DNA of 64,000 nucleotides from Chitinophagales bacterium (GCA_038328115.1 JBBQLS010000001.1:8568-72567); one strand, 5' to 3'; positions 40,016 to 50,477 are shown, counted from the stretch's first letter. Translations and numbers: made by a program. Notes: generated by a model not told the origin, from the letters alone.

Positions 40016-41368
40016 ATGCCAAGGAACAAAGTGCCCTTTTTATTTCTGTTTGCTGCTTTGCAATTGTTAATAATAAAAGAAATTACTGCACAAACTCCCA
40101 AGCAGATAAAAACCATTGTTGTGGATGCAGGACATGGCGGTACCGATAATGGTGCTACCGGCCAATACGAAAACTCACTACGTTCAAAAGAAAAAGATGT
40201 AACACTTGCCATTGCTTTAAAACTGGTAGATGAATTAAAAAAGCAATTGCCCAATGTAAAAGTTGTACCAACAAGAACAACGGATATTTATCAAACGCCT
40301 ACTGAAAAAGCAAGATTGGCCAATGAATTTAAAGGTGATTTGTTTTTATGCATACATGCCGATAGTGGGCCATTAAAAACCGGCAGAAGACAAACCGGTA
40401 CCCGGATGGTTACCCGTTACAGAATATCTTACATAAAAAAGAAAAAGAAAAAGATTAAAGTAAGTACGCCTTACGAAGTTGAAGAACCGGTGTATGAATA
40501 TTTTAAAATGCCCCTCACCCGCAGCGGCACCAGTGTGTGGATATTTGCCGCACACAAAACCAGTGATAAATTAAAAGCAATCATGGGTGGTGATGAAAGT
40601 TTTGAGATAGAAGCAGGAGCGGCTGATTCTATTGATAACAGTTTTGATTTCAGCAGTCCGCAGGGTAAAATAATTGCAGCCATCTATGCTAAAAGATACC
40701 AGGAAAGAAGCGACCGCCTGGCCAGCTTTGTAAATGAAGAAATTGAAAATACCGGCAGGCCGGCTTTGGGTGTAAACCAGCGCCAAAAAGGGATTTGGGT
40801 TTTGCAGGCAACCAATATGCCCGCCATATTGGTTGAAACCGGTTTTATAAACACACCTGAAGATGAACAATACATTAATAGCGAAAAGGGCCAGCAAGAA
40901 CTTGCCGAGGCCATTACAAAAGCGGTAAAAAAATACAAGCAACAGATTGAAAGCCTGAACAACAACACTCCGCCGCCTCCTGCGGTTACATCAAACGATA
41001 GAAATTCAACCAATGCAGTTGTAATTGAGGGACGGCCGGTTAAGGATATAAAAACGATCATTGTTAAAAACAAAAAGATAACTGTTGATGTATATGATGA
41101 TGGAGATATAGATAATGATATTGTTTCGGTTTTTTATAACGGTATTCAGGTAATCATAAAAAAATCGCTAAGCACAAATCCGTTGTCGCTTACGCTTACT
41201 GTAGAACCGGGTAAAAGCAATGAATTGGTATTATTTGCCGAAAACCTGGGAAATATTCCCCCCAACACCGCATTGATGATAATTAATGACGGACCTAACA
41301 GGCATGAAGTACGTTTATCGGCGGATATGAAAAATAATGCAGAGGTAAAGTTTGAATTGAAGAATTAA
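40016..41368 (+). CDS. N-acetylmuramoyl-L-alanine amidase (Amidase_3) with an extra C-terminal domain
   Basis: VDAGHGG, EKDVTL, CIHAD and MPAILVETGF give the Zn ligands and catalytic Glu; C-terminal AENLGNIPPNTA domain. Confidence 0.92.
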   Translation: MPRNKVPFLFLFAALQLLIIKEITAQTPKQIKTIVVDAGHGGTDNGATGQYENSLRSKEKDVTLAIALKLVDELKKQLPNVKVVPTRTTDIYQTPTEKARLANEFKGDLFLCIHADSGPLKTGRRQTGTRMVTRYRISYIKKKKKKIKVSTPYEVEEPVYEYFKMPLTRSGTSVWIFAAHKTSDKLKAIMGGDESFEIEAGAADSIDNSFDFSSPQGKIIAAIYAKRYQERSDRLASFVNEEIENTGRPALGVNQRQKGIWVLQATNMPAILVETGFINTPEDEQYINSEKGQQELAEAITKAVKKYKQQIESLNNNTPPPPAVTSNDRNSTNAVVIEGRPVKDIKTIIVKNKKITVDVYDDGDIDNDIVSVFYNGIQVIIKKSLSTNPLSLTLTVEPGKSNELVLFAENLGNIPPNTALMIINDGPNRHEVRLSADMKNNAEVKFELKN

Positions 41369-41381
41369 ACTATTTTTGGGC

Positions 41382-41397
41382 TTGGCTTAATAATTGC
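41382..41397 (+). promoter_or_regulatory. Putative sigma-54 (-24/-12) promoter of mlaD
   Basis: TTGGCTTAATAATTGC with exact GG-N10-GC spacing, ~20 nt before the ATG. Confidence 0.45.
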
Positions 41398-41418
41398 TTC
41401 TGGCCATTATAACTAATT

Positions 41419-42432
41419 ATGAAAATTTCAAACGAAACAAAAATAGGTTCCTTAACTGCCATTGCCATCGTTTTACTGGTGCTGGGTTTTAACTTTTTAA
41501 AGGGTAAAACATTTTTTGGAAAAAGTCACAACATTTTTGCCAAATATACCAATGTGCAAGGACTTGCACCCAGCAACCCTGTTATGATAAATGGCCTGCA
41601 GGTAGGCACAGTTTACAGCATAACCACCGATAAAAATATGAAAGAGATCCTGGTTAATATGAACCTGACCAAGGATGTGAATATTCCCACCAATTCAATC
41701 GCAATTATCAGGCCTTCGCTGCTCAGCACCACAAGTATTGAGATTAAATTGGGCGATGCACAAACCTACGTGCTTAAAAACGGCTACATTGCAACCGAAG
41801 CAACAGAAGGTATTTTAAATGATGTTTTAAAAAAGGTAGACCCCGTGCTTTATCAGGTAACCAAAGCGGTAACGTCTATTGATTCGGTGTTAATGGCTGT
41901 AAACCACATACTGGATCCCACGGCAAAAAATAATATAAGCGCCACGCTTGCCAATTTAAATAAAACCACTGAAAATCTTGTTGGCACTTCTGCTTCGTTA
42001 CAAACTTTATTAAACACACAAACCGGTGCATTGGCAGGCACGTTGAATAACCTAAATTCTTTTACTGCTAACCTTGATAAAAATAATGGCAAGATAACCA
42101 GCACGCTTGATAATCTTGATAAAACTGCTACGAATCTTTCGCAGCTTGATCTGCAGAAAACATTAACATTTCTAAATAGCACCATCGGCGATCTTAAAAC
42201 TACCATTGGTAAACTTAATACAACATCGGGCACGGCAGGTTTACTGCTTAACGACACTAAATTGTACAACAACCTTACTGCTACAGCCAATAAGCTTAAT
42301 CTGCTGATTGATGATTTAAAAACCAATCCAAAAAGGTATGTAAACATTTCCATATTTGGTAAAAAAAATACCAGCCCCGGTTTAAGCATGCCATTACCTG
42401 ATACGGTTAATGCCCCTTATCTTAAACAATAA
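41419..42432 (+). CDS. MlaD/MCE family protein
   Basis: N-terminal TM, GL..SNPV.INGLQVG.V MCE domain, helical tail, DLKTNPKRYV. Confidence 0.92.
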   Translation: MKISNETKIGSLTAIAIVLLVLGFNFLKGKTFFGKSHNIFAKYTNVQGLAPSNPVMINGLQVGTVYSITTDKNMKEILVNMNLTKDVNIPTNSIAIIRPSLLSTTSIEIKLGDAQTYVLKNGYIATEATEGILNDVLKKVDPVLYQVTKAVTSIDSVLMAVNHILDPTAKNNISATLANLNKTTENLVGTSASLQTLLNTQTGALAGTLNNLNSFTANLDKNNGKITSTLDNLDKTATNLSQLDLQKTLTFLNSTIGDLKTTIGKLNTTSGTAGLLLNDTKLYNNLTATANKLNLLIDDLKTNPKRYVNISIFGKKNTSPGLSMPLPDTVNAPYLKQ

Positions 42433-42493
42433 AATTTTACCAATCCTTTATAAATAAAAAACTGCAATTTACAGCCGAACAAAAAAAGAACCA

Positions 42494-44131
42494 TTGCGAT
42501 TGAACTTTACCATCAGCAAATTTTTTATTTTCTTTTTAATTGCAGCAGCTTATCAAACTTCTGCACAGCAGCAGATCATTGGTACTCCTTCATCTTCCGA
42601 TACCATTCGTTCTATAAGAATTGTTCAGGGTAAAAGTTTACGGTTGGTAACTATTGATTCTGTAACTGCTCTGGAAACTATCGCCGGCGATGTAATTATT
42701 AAAGAAGGCCTCACCACCTTTTACTGCGATAGTGCAACCATTAACCGGAAAACCAATATAGTAGAGGCTTTTGGCAATATTCACATTAACGACAATGACA
42801 GCATACACACTTACTCGCAATACCTGCGCTATGTGGGTGCCGACCGCATTGCCTATTTAAAAAAGAATGTAAAACTTACTGATAAAAAAGGAACATTGTA
42901 CACCGATGACCTGGAATACAATTTAAGAACCGGCATTGCAACTTATAAAAACGGTGGCAAAATTGTAAATGAAAAAACTGTTTTAACCAGTCGTGATGGT
43001 GTGTATTATGCTGATACCAAAGATGTATATTTTAAAAACAATGTACACCTGAAAGACCCTGACCGGGATATTTACACCGACAGTTTACTCTACAATGTAA
43101 AAACAAATATTGCCACTTTTATTGCCAAAACACAAATCATTGGTAAAGATGGAAGTGTTATCAACACAAATTCGGGTACCTATAATTTAGCCACAGGTGA
43201 GGCACTATTTTCGGGTCGGCCTTCTTTCAGCGACAGCACCCGATCGTTTATTGCTGATAATTTTGCTTACGATAAGAACAGTGATGTTGCACAATTAGAA
43301 GGTAACGCCAAATTTGTTGACAGCATCAATAATATTACTATTTTAGGCGGGCAGATATTTGCGGATGGAAAAGTAAAATCATTTTTAGCCACACGCAAAC
43401 CGGTGATGATTATTTACCGGGATGGTGACAGCACTTACATGGCTGCCGATACACTTTTTTCGGGCTTACGAAAATACGACAGCCTAGAAAGAAGAATGAT
43501 AACACAGACAGACACCTTAAAAAAGACGATAGTGGTAAATACTAAAACTACTGCTGCTGATACTTCTATCAGGTATTTTATAGGCTTTCACCATGTGCGT
43601 ATTTTCAATGATTCGCTGCAGGCAGTAAGCGACAGCCTGCATTATACCACTGCTGATTCTACTTTTAAATTATTTGGCGACCCTGTGGTATGGAGCGATA
43701 ATTCGCAAGTAACAGGAGATACATTGCATGTATATACACAAAACCAAAAACCCAGGCGGTTGTATGTTTTTAACAACAGCCTCATCATCAACAAAACCAA
43801 AGAAGGTATGTTTAACCAGATTGGTGGCAGAACGCTGAATGGGTATTTTGTGGATGGCTCTATTGATTACGTGCGGGTGAAAGGGAGCCCTGCTGAAAGT
43901 ATTTATTATCCGCAGGATGATGACAGTGCCTACGTGGGTATGAACCGCAGCAGCGGTGATGTAATTGATATTTATTTTGTAAAAAAAGAATTGAATAAAG
44001 TGAAATTCATACGGGATGTTAACGGCGTACTATATCCAATAAAAGATATTCCTGCTGATAAAAAAGAGTTGAAAGGCTTTAAATGGCTGGATAGCCGCAG
44101 GCCAAAACACTGGCTTGAATTGTTTGAGTAA
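42494..44131 (+). CDS. OstA-like (LptA/LptD N-terminal beta-jellyroll) periplasmic protein
   Basis: TTG start, signal peptide, FYCDSA, EAFGNIHI, repeated D(S/T)L.Y motifs, LKGFKW..RP. Confidence 0.85.
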   Translation: MRLNFTISKFFIFFLIAAAYQTSAQQQIIGTPSSSDTIRSIRIVQGKSLRLVTIDSVTALETIAGDVIIKEGLTTFYCDSATINRKTNIVEAFGNIHINDNDSIHTYSQYLRYVGADRIAYLKKNVKLTDKKGTLYTDDLEYNLRTGIATYKNGGKIVNEKTVLTSRDGVYYADTKDVYFKNNVHLKDPDRDIYTDSLLYNVKTNIATFIAKTQIIGKDGSVINTNSGTYNLATGEALFSGRPSFSDSTRSFIADNFAYDKNSDVAQLEGNAKFVDSINNITILGGQIFADGKVKSFLATRKPVMIIYRDGDSTYMAADTLFSGLRKYDSLERRMITQTDTLKKTIVVNTKTTAADTSIRYFIGFHHVRIFNDSLQAVSDSLHYTTADSTFKLFGDPVVWSDNSQVTGDTLHVYTQNQKPRRLYVFNNSLIINKTKEGMFNQIGGRTLNGYFVDGSIDYVRVKGSPAESIYYPQDDDSAYVGMNRSSGDVIDIYFVKKELNKVKFIRDVNGVLYPIKDIPADKKELKGFKWLDSRRPKHWLELFE

Positions 44132-44190
44132 GAACATGCCTTATGGCGTGTTCTGTTTAAGCAATAACACGCCATAAGGCGTGTTCCTAC
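44128..44190. repeat. Inverted REP doublet (GTAG-type)
   Basis: GTAAGAACATGCC-TTAT-GGCGTGTTCT ... AACACGCC-ATAA-GGCGTGTTCCTAC; the second copy reads GTAGGAACACGCC.. on the minus strand. Confidence 0.7.
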
Positions 44191-44254
44191 AAAAAAAACA
44201 CCGGCGTTAAACCGGTGTTTCGTATTTATATCATCTCTTCTTAGCCCTTAGCTT

Positions 44255-44617
44255 TTAGCTTTTAGCTTTTGCTTTTGCCGTTTTATTTTCTTTGTAACGC
44301 ATATCTGGCGTACCATCTGCTTTTTTAGGGCCTGTTACAGGCGCAGCTTTTGTAGTTTTATTTTCTTTGTACCGCATATCTGGTGTGCCATCAGCTTTTA
44401 CCGGTTTGCCAGTTGCAGCAGTAGCAGGTTTAGTAGTTGCTGCTACAGGTTTAGCAGTAGTTGCAGGCTTTGCTTTATCCATTGCAACCACTTTAGCCGG
44501 TTTAGTAGCTGATTTTACAGCAACCGGCTTTGTTTCAGTTTTTTTAACTGCTGTTTGGGCAGATGATGCCACTGCAAAACCAAGCACCATAGTGAATGCC
44601 AATAATAATTTTTTCAT
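44255..44617 (-). CDS. Small secreted basic protein with two KADGTPDMRYKENK repeats
   Basis: Signal peptide MKKLLL..ASSA/Q, K/A/T/P-rich low-complexity region, exact 14-aa repeat. Confidence 0.85.
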   Translation of the reverse strand: MKKLLLAFTMVLGFAVASSAQTAVKKTETKPVAVKSATKPAKVVAMDKAKPATTAKPVAATTKPATAATGKPVKADGTPDMRYKENKTTKAAPVTGPKKADGTPDMRYKENKTAKAKAKS

Positions 44618-44766
44618 TGTTTTAATTTTAGGTTTTAAAAATTTATTAAATCTATCCAATGAAACAATTACTCTTTGTTACCGGCTGGTTAACAACCCGC
44701 AAAACAAGAGTATTAATAATTTATTAACAAACCTGAGGTATGTTGTAGTTAAAGAAAGAGGTAAGA

Positions 44767-45957
44767 TTATGATAATTTCGCAAGCGCTTCTTTAATTTTT
44801 GCAAAGCCTTTCTCAATATTTTCCATACTGTTGGCAAAAGAAATACGTATGCAGTTGGGCTCACCAAAGGCGCTGCCTGTAACGGTTGACACATATGCCT
44901 TATTGAGCAGGTACATACAGAGGTCATCTGCATTTTTAATTGTTTCTTCACCATCGCTCTTGCCAAAAAAATAATTTACCCGAGGAAAAACATAAAAAGC
45001 TCCCTGCGGTTCGCTGCAAACAATACCTGGTATTGCTGCAAGTAATTCCATAACCCGGTGCCTGCGCCAAGTGAATTCTTCCACCATGGCCGTTGTAGAT
45101 TTCATATCGCTGGTTAATGCAGTAATTGCTGCCCGTTGGGTGATCGCAGTCGCTCCGCTGGTTACTTGCCCTTGTATTTTTTCACAGGCTTTGGCAACAG
45201 TTGAATTTGTTGCAATATAACCTAACCGCCAACCCGTCATAGCATAACCCTTACTCAATCCGTTAATAAGAATAACCCGGTCTTTTAAAAAATCAAACTG
45301 TGCTATGCTTTCGTGCTCTCCTTCAAAATTGATATACTCATATATCTCATCACTCATGATGAAAACATTGGGATGCTTTTTAAATACTTCTGCCAAAGCA
45401 ATCAACTCTTCTCTTGAATATACTGCTCCGCTTGGGTTACAGGGTGAGGAGAACATGAACAGTTTTGTCTTATCTGTAATGGCAGCTTCCAGTTCTGCCG
45501 CCGTAATTTTATAGCCGTTCTCAAAAGTAGTACGTACAATTTTTACGTCGCCACCAGTCATACGCACAATTTCTGAATAAGTAACCCAGAAGGGTGAAGG
45601 AATAATCACTTCATCACCTTTATCAACAATACTCATTACAGTATTATAAATGCTTTGCTTGGCACCCGTGCTTACAATAATCTGGTCGGGTGTATAATCA
45701 AGATTATTATCTCTTTTTAATTTGGTACAAATCGCTTCACGCAGGTCCAGATAACCGGCTACTGGCGTGTAATGACTGTAATTATCATCAATCGCCTTTT
45801 TTGCTGCTACTTTAATATGATCCGGCGTATCAAAATCAGGTTCACCCAAACTAAGGTCAGTTATATCCAGGCCCTTTGCACGCAACTCACGGCCCAGCTT
45901 TGCCATTTTTAAGGTTTCTGGTTCATTAAAGCGTTCAAGAAGGGAAGACAGTTGCAT
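44767..45957 (-). CDS. PLP-dependent class I/II aminotransferase (aspartate aminotransferase-like)
   Basis: GEPDF, GAKQS, SPCNPSG, DEIY, SKGYAMTGWRLGY. Confidence 0.95.
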   Translation of the reverse strand: MQLSSLLERFNEPETLKMAKLGRELRAKGLDITDLSLGEPDFDTPDHIKVAAKKAIDDNYSHYTPVAGYLDLREAICTKLKRDNNLDYTPDQIIVSTGAKQSIYNTVMSIVDKGDEVIIPSPFWVTYSEIVRMTGGDVKIVRTTFENGYKITAAELEAAITDKTKLFMFSSPCNPSGAVYSREELIALAEVFKKHPNVFIMSDEIYEYINFEGEHESIAQFDFLKDRVILINGLSKGYAMTGWRLGYIATNSTVAKACEKIQGQVTSGATAITQRAAITALTSDMKSTTAMVEEFTWRRHRVMELLAAIPGIVCSEPQGAFYVFPRVNYFFGKSDGEETIKNADDLCMYLLNKAYVSTVTGSAFGEPNCIRISFANSMENIEKGFAKIKEALAKLS

Positions 45958-45987
45958 GAATTTGTTTTTAGTTGCAGGCAAAAATAG

Positions 45988-47313
45988 CTATTTATCGTAG
46001 GTAAATAAAACGGATGATAAATCAGGTTTTATTTTATATTTCCGCTTCAGTTCATAATTATAAATAACCCTGCCCAGGTTTTTCATAAACGGAAAACCAA
46101 CGTTTTCATAATCGTATTTGTCATCGTTTAAAATACCATCGCTGTTGCAGTAAATAATTGCCGAAACAAAAAACTCAATTTTATTTTTATAATCAACAAT
46201 GTAAGCAGCGTCAATAACATGTCCATAAGCATCTCCAACCTTATTAAAAATGCGGATATTTTCATCAGGTTTCCCTTTTTCGGCTCCATAATATAAAAAC
46301 TTACAATAGGCAGGCCAGTAAGCAGCAGTGTCGGCCGCATAAGGCGGGTAAACACTTTCAGTCGGGTATTGGCTCATGTATTTTAAAACAAAAAGCCGGT
46401 CATCTTCACTGATATTAAAGCGTTCGCTGGCTTTTAGTTTATCCGGAAAAACAATACCGATAACAATCTTATTCAGTTCCTGTAGCCCCAGCCTGTTTTT
46501 TTTCGAAAAATCCATGGGCTTATTTACCAGCTTACCACCGGAGTAATAACCATTTCCCAAACTGTCGTTCCGAACAGGATACTTTGCAGTGTTGTTTTGT
46601 GCTGGCTGCCCGTACAAAAGTTTACCTGTGCTATCGTAAAATTTTAAAGGATTTGTCTGTCGGTTTTCAGCTTCGGTTAAAAAAATATTAAGCCTGTGTA
46701 AGATCTGCACGTTTTTTAAACCCTTTTTCTTCAGCTCGGTATTAATATAATCCTGTCCTAAAAATTCATACAACCGGTTATAAGCATCATTATCACTCAC
46801 CAGCAATACCCTTTTTATATAGTGAGCAATAGATGGCCTGCCATCAATGGTTGTGGGGTCGTTAAACACGGCAGACTGGCCACTGTAAGCAGTTTCTGTT
46901 ATCATGGTACTGTTCCGGTCAATACCTTTATCTTTTAATTCATTCAGTTTCTGCAATGCCAGTAAAACAACCGGCAATTTTACCGTTGATGCGGGGTAAA
47001 AATATTTATCCCCATTTACATTAAAATAATATGGCGTAAGGTCGGGTTTTCCATCATTACGCCGGTTAACCTGGGTATAAATGATCTGCACATTCTGGTT
47101 GTTTCTATTTTTAAGTATCCCATCAAAATATTGCGGGTATAGCTGCAACAAAGCTTCCAGTATATTGGGGGATTTAGCGGTATCAGTCATACTGGTTTCC
47201 GGTTTTATTTCTTTTGTCTTATCGGTTTGCTTTACTTGTTTGCTACTGCTGCAGGACACCAAAATGGCCATTCCACATACAAATTTCAATATTCCTTTAT
47301 TTTTACAAATCAT
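45988..47313 (-). CDS. Serine hydrolase of the class-A beta-lactamase/PBP fold, probable lipoprotein
   Basis: Lipobox LVS/C, PASTVK (SxxK), SDN, NKVG motifs. Confidence 0.85.
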   Translation of the reverse strand: MICKNKGILKFVCGMAILVSCSSSKQVKQTDKTKEIKPETSMTDTAKSPNILEALLQLYPQYFDGILKNRNNQNVQIIYTQVNRRNDGKPDLTPYYFNVNGDKYFYPASTVKLPVVLLALQKLNELKDKGIDRNSTMITETAYSGQSAVFNDPTTIDGRPSIAHYIKRVLLVSDNDAYNRLYEFLGQDYINTELKKKGLKNVQILHRLNIFLTEAENRQTNPLKFYDSTGKLLYGQPAQNNTAKYPVRNDSLGNGYYSGGKLVNKPMDFSKKNRLGLQELNKIVIGIVFPDKLKASERFNISEDDRLFVLKYMSQYPTESVYPPYAADTAAYWPAYCKFLYYGAEKGKPDENIRIFNKVGDAYGHVIDAAYIVDYKNKIEFFVSAIIYCNSDGILNDDKYDYENVGFPFMKNLGRVIYNYELKRKYKIKPDLSSVLFTYDK

Positions 47314-47442
47314 ACATCCGGTTTAGCTTGCAAATTGAATAAAATTCTAAAATTATCCACCATAAAAACCGAACAGGTTTTTCCCCTATCTTTGCACACT
47401 TCTAAAAATTCAACAAAAGAAGCTACTAAAACGACTATTATT

Positions 47443-50400
47443 ATGAAACTAAAAGGTTTAGTGTGGTTTTTTACAATTGCCCTTACAGTAATATCACTTT
47501 GGGAATTATCCTATACATGGGTAGTACGTAATTATGAAAACACCGTTACAGCAAAAGCAACAAAAATTGTAAAGAACGCTTTTCCTGATCTTAAAGGAGA
47601 TGAAAGAGATGCTGCCATTGATGCACGTAAAAGAAGAATTCTGGACAGTACATCTGAACAAAAGATTTACCCCATTTTTGGAACTACTTATAAGCAATGT
47701 AAAGCCAACGAACTTAACCTTGGTCTCGATCTGCAGGGTGGTATCAGCGTAACGATGGATGTTAGCCTTACCGACCTGTTGAAGTCTTTGAGTAATAATC
47801 CAAAAAATCCTGCCTTGTTGAATGCCATACAGGCGGCCAACATAAAAAAAGAGAACAGCGATGCAGATTATATTACGCTCTTTACCGAATCCTTTATCAG
47901 CCAGAACGGTTCAGGTAAGCTTGCCGGTACTTTTGCAGGTGCAGAAAAAGAAGTAAAAACTACCGACAGCGATAACGAGGTTATCAAAAAACTAAAGACT
48001 ACTGCTGCCGGGGCTATTAAAGAAACCTATAAGATCCTGGTTCGCCGTATTGATAAATTTGGTGTTGCACAACCTAACATCAATTTTGATGAGAACAAAG
48101 GCATTATCAACGTAGAACTTGCCGGTGTTAACGATATTGAAAGGGTACGTAAATTATTACAGGCATCTGCCCATCTTCAGTTCTGGGAAGTATATCGTAT
48201 TGATGAACTTGCCGAGTCTTTAAAACTGGCCGATCAAAACCTGCAGAATTATTTGAACGGTGTAAAAATTGATAGTTTAGGCAAACCTGCCGATACTTCT
48301 AAAGCCAGCGAGAATACTAACCCATTCTTCAAAGTTATTAATCCACAAAATCCACAAACTGACCAGGCAAGTGGCAAGCAATTTTTCCCTGCTGCTATTG
48401 GCAGCATTTTATCATCTGATACCGCTGTTTTTTATGAGTACATGAACAATCCGGCGGTAAAAGAAGCTTTACCGGCCGATGCCAAGTTCCTCTTGGGTAT
48501 TGAAGAAAAAGCTCCAAAAGGAACACAGAAATTTTTTCAGTTGTACGCAGTTAAAACCATGCCGGGTACCGATAAAGCTCCGCTTGAAGGTGAGGGTGTA
48601 AAAGAAGCCTACCAGGCATTTGATGAAAAAGGCAAGGCTTCCATTAAAATGGAAATGACCAGCATTGGTGCAAAAACCTGGGCACGTCTTACTGCAAAAA
48701 ATGTTGGCCGACCTATCGCCATCGCATTAGATGATATTGTTTATTCTGCTCCAAATGTAAACGGCCCTATTGAAGGAGGAAGTTCTGAAATTTCAGGGAA
48801 CTTTACCGTTCAGGAAGCACAGGATCTTTCCAATATTTTAAAATCTGGTAAGTTGGATGCACCTGCTAAAATTGTTGCGCAACAGGTTGTTGGTCCAACT
48901 CTGGGTGCCGAGTCTGTGCGTGGTGGTGCCATGTCGTTTGGCATTGCGTTTTTAATAATCTTTATTTTAATGCTGGTATATTATAATACCGGTGGCTGGG
49001 TTGCAAACATAGCTTTGATATTTAACCTGTTGTTTACTATTGGTGTGTTAACCGCTATGGGCTTTACTTTAACAGCAGCCGGTATTGCCGGTTTGGTGTT
49101 AACTATTGGTTTAGCGGTGGATACCAACGTAATTATATTTGAGCGTATCAAGGAAGAACTTACAAAGGGTAAATCTTACCCGCTTGCCATTAATGATGGT
49201 TATAAACGTTCACTGGCACCGGTAATTGATGCTCACGTAACTTCTTTGCTTACTGCATTTATATTGTTCTATTTTGGTTTAGGCCCGGTACTTGGTTTTG
49301 CTACCACGCAAATCATCGGTATCCTGCTTTCGTTGTTCTGCGGTATTTTAGTATCCCGCTTAATAACCGAAATCTTTACCAACAAAAACCGACATTTAAA
49401 TTATTTCACCACGCTTTCTAAAAAAATATTTAAGCACGCCAGCTATAAATTTATTGAGTACAGGAAGGTTGCTTATGTTATTTCTGCCTTTGTATTACTG
49501 GCAGGCATTGGCGCTTTCTTCAATGGTTTCCATTTGGGAGTTGAGTTTAAAGGAGGACGTAGTTACACCGTTCAATTTGACAAAAATGTTAAGAATGACG
49601 AAATACGTGATGACCTTAAAAAAGCATTAGACGGCGATAACGTAACTATTAAGACGGTTGGCGATAGCCGTCACCTGAATATTACAACTGCTTATTTAAA
49701 AAGCGATGATAAAGCTGATAGTGCTGTAAAGGCGAGATTGATGCAGGGGCTTGCCAAAGTTTTACCAGCAGGACTAAGTCAAACACAGTTTAACAAAAAC
49801 TACATTCAGGCTTACTCAACTGTACAGCCAAGTATTTCTGATGATTTGAAACGTGGTGCTGTAAAAGCAACCATCTTTGCCATGCTCGCTATCTTCCTGT
49901 ATATCTTCCTGCGTTTCCGCGACTGGAGATACTCTGCCGGTACCATCGTTACCTTGTTGCATGACGTATTTGTAACCCTGGCCGTGTTCTCGTTCTTTAA
50001 AAATATTGTACCGTTCCCGCTTGAGATTGATCAGCACTTTATTGCTGCCATCTTAACCGTTATCGGTTTCAGTATGAACGATACGGTAATTGTATTTGAC
50101 CGTATTCGTGAATACAGCCGCGATATGAAAGGTGCTACTAAAGCAGCCATCATCAACCGCGCCATCAACGATACGCTTAGCCGTACCATCATGACATCAT
50201 TAACGGTGTTCTTAACCATCCTGATACTCTTTATCTTTGGTGGAGAAGTAACACGTGGTTTTGCATTTGCTATGCTGATTGGTGTGGTAACAGGTACTTA
50301 CTCTTCAATTTTTGTGGGTGCTCCTGTTCTGGTTGATTTTGCAAAAGACAAACCATTGGGTGCAGCTGCGGAAGTAGTTGTGGAGAAAAAGAAAGGATAA
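47443..50400 (+). CDS. secDF: Protein translocase subunit SecDF (fused)
   Basis: LGLDLQGG, VGPTLG, AVDTNVIIFERIKEE, GVEFKGG, GFSMNDTVIVFDRIRE; start moved to MKLKG. Confidence 0.97.
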   Translation: MKLKGLVWFFTIALTVISLWELSYTWVVRNYENTVTAKATKIVKNAFPDLKGDERDAAIDARKRRILDSTSEQKIYPIFGTTYKQCKANELNLGLDLQGGISVTMDVSLTDLLKSLSNNPKNPALLNAIQAANIKKENSDADYITLFTESFISQNGSGKLAGTFAGAEKEVKTTDSDNEVIKKLKTTAAGAIKETYKILVRRIDKFGVAQPNINFDENKGIINVELAGVNDIERVRKLLQASAHLQFWEVYRIDELAESLKLADQNLQNYLNGVKIDSLGKPADTSKASENTNPFFKVINPQNPQTDQASGKQFFPAAIGSILSSDTAVFYEYMNNPAVKEALPADAKFLLGIEEKAPKGTQKFFQLYAVKTMPGTDKAPLEGEGVKEAYQAFDEKGKASIKMEMTSIGAKTWARLTAKNVGRPIAIALDDIVYSAPNVNGPIEGGSSEISGNFTVQEAQDLSNILKSGKLDAPAKIVAQQVVGPTLGAESVRGGAMSFGIAFLIIFILMLVYYNTGGWVANIALIFNLLFTIGVLTAMGFTLTAAGIAGLVLTIGLAVDTNVIIFERIKEELTKGKSYPLAINDGYKRSLAPVIDAHVTSLLTAFILFYFGLGPVLGFATTQIIGILLSLFCGILVSRLITEIFTNKNRHLNYFTTLSKKIFKHASYKFIEYRKVAYVISAFVLLAGIGAFFNGFHLGVEFKGGRSYTVQFDKNVKNDEIRDDLKKALDGDNVTIKTVGDSRHLNITTAYLKSDDKADSAVKARLMQGLAKVLPAGLSQTQFNKNYIQAYSTVQPSISDDLKRGAVKATIFAMLAIFLYIFLRFRDWRYSAGTIVTLLHDVFVTLAVFSFFKNIVPFPLEIDQHFIAAILTVIGFSMNDTVIVFDRIREYSRDMKGATKAAIINRAINDTLSRTIMTSLTVFLTILILFIFGGEVTRGFAFAMLIGVVTGTYSSIFVGAPVLVDFAKDKPLGAAAEVVVEKKKG

Positions 50401-50422
50401 TTTTTATTTAAGTTATAAATTA

Positions 50423-50455
50423 AGAGCCCCGAAAAACGGGGCTCTTTTATTTTTT
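50423..50455. terminator. Bidirectional terminator between secDF and the iscA-like gene
   Basis: AAGAGCCCCG-AAAAA-CGGGGCTCTT followed by a T-run. Confidence 0.8.
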
Positions 50456-50477
50456 GTATATTTTTTATTTGAATCCT

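Noticed and set aside
41853-42389. Long antisense ORFs (e.g. 178 aa opposite mlaD, 177 aa opposite trhO, 154 aa opposite yajQ)
   Set aside because: They are shadow frames of well-supported genes, with no motifs or independent expression signals.
45988-47313. Acquired beta-lactam resistance gene
   Set aside because: SxxK/SDN/KxG motifs are present, but the protein is a long lipoprotein in a core context with no mobility signals. Beta-lactamase activity cannot be inferred.
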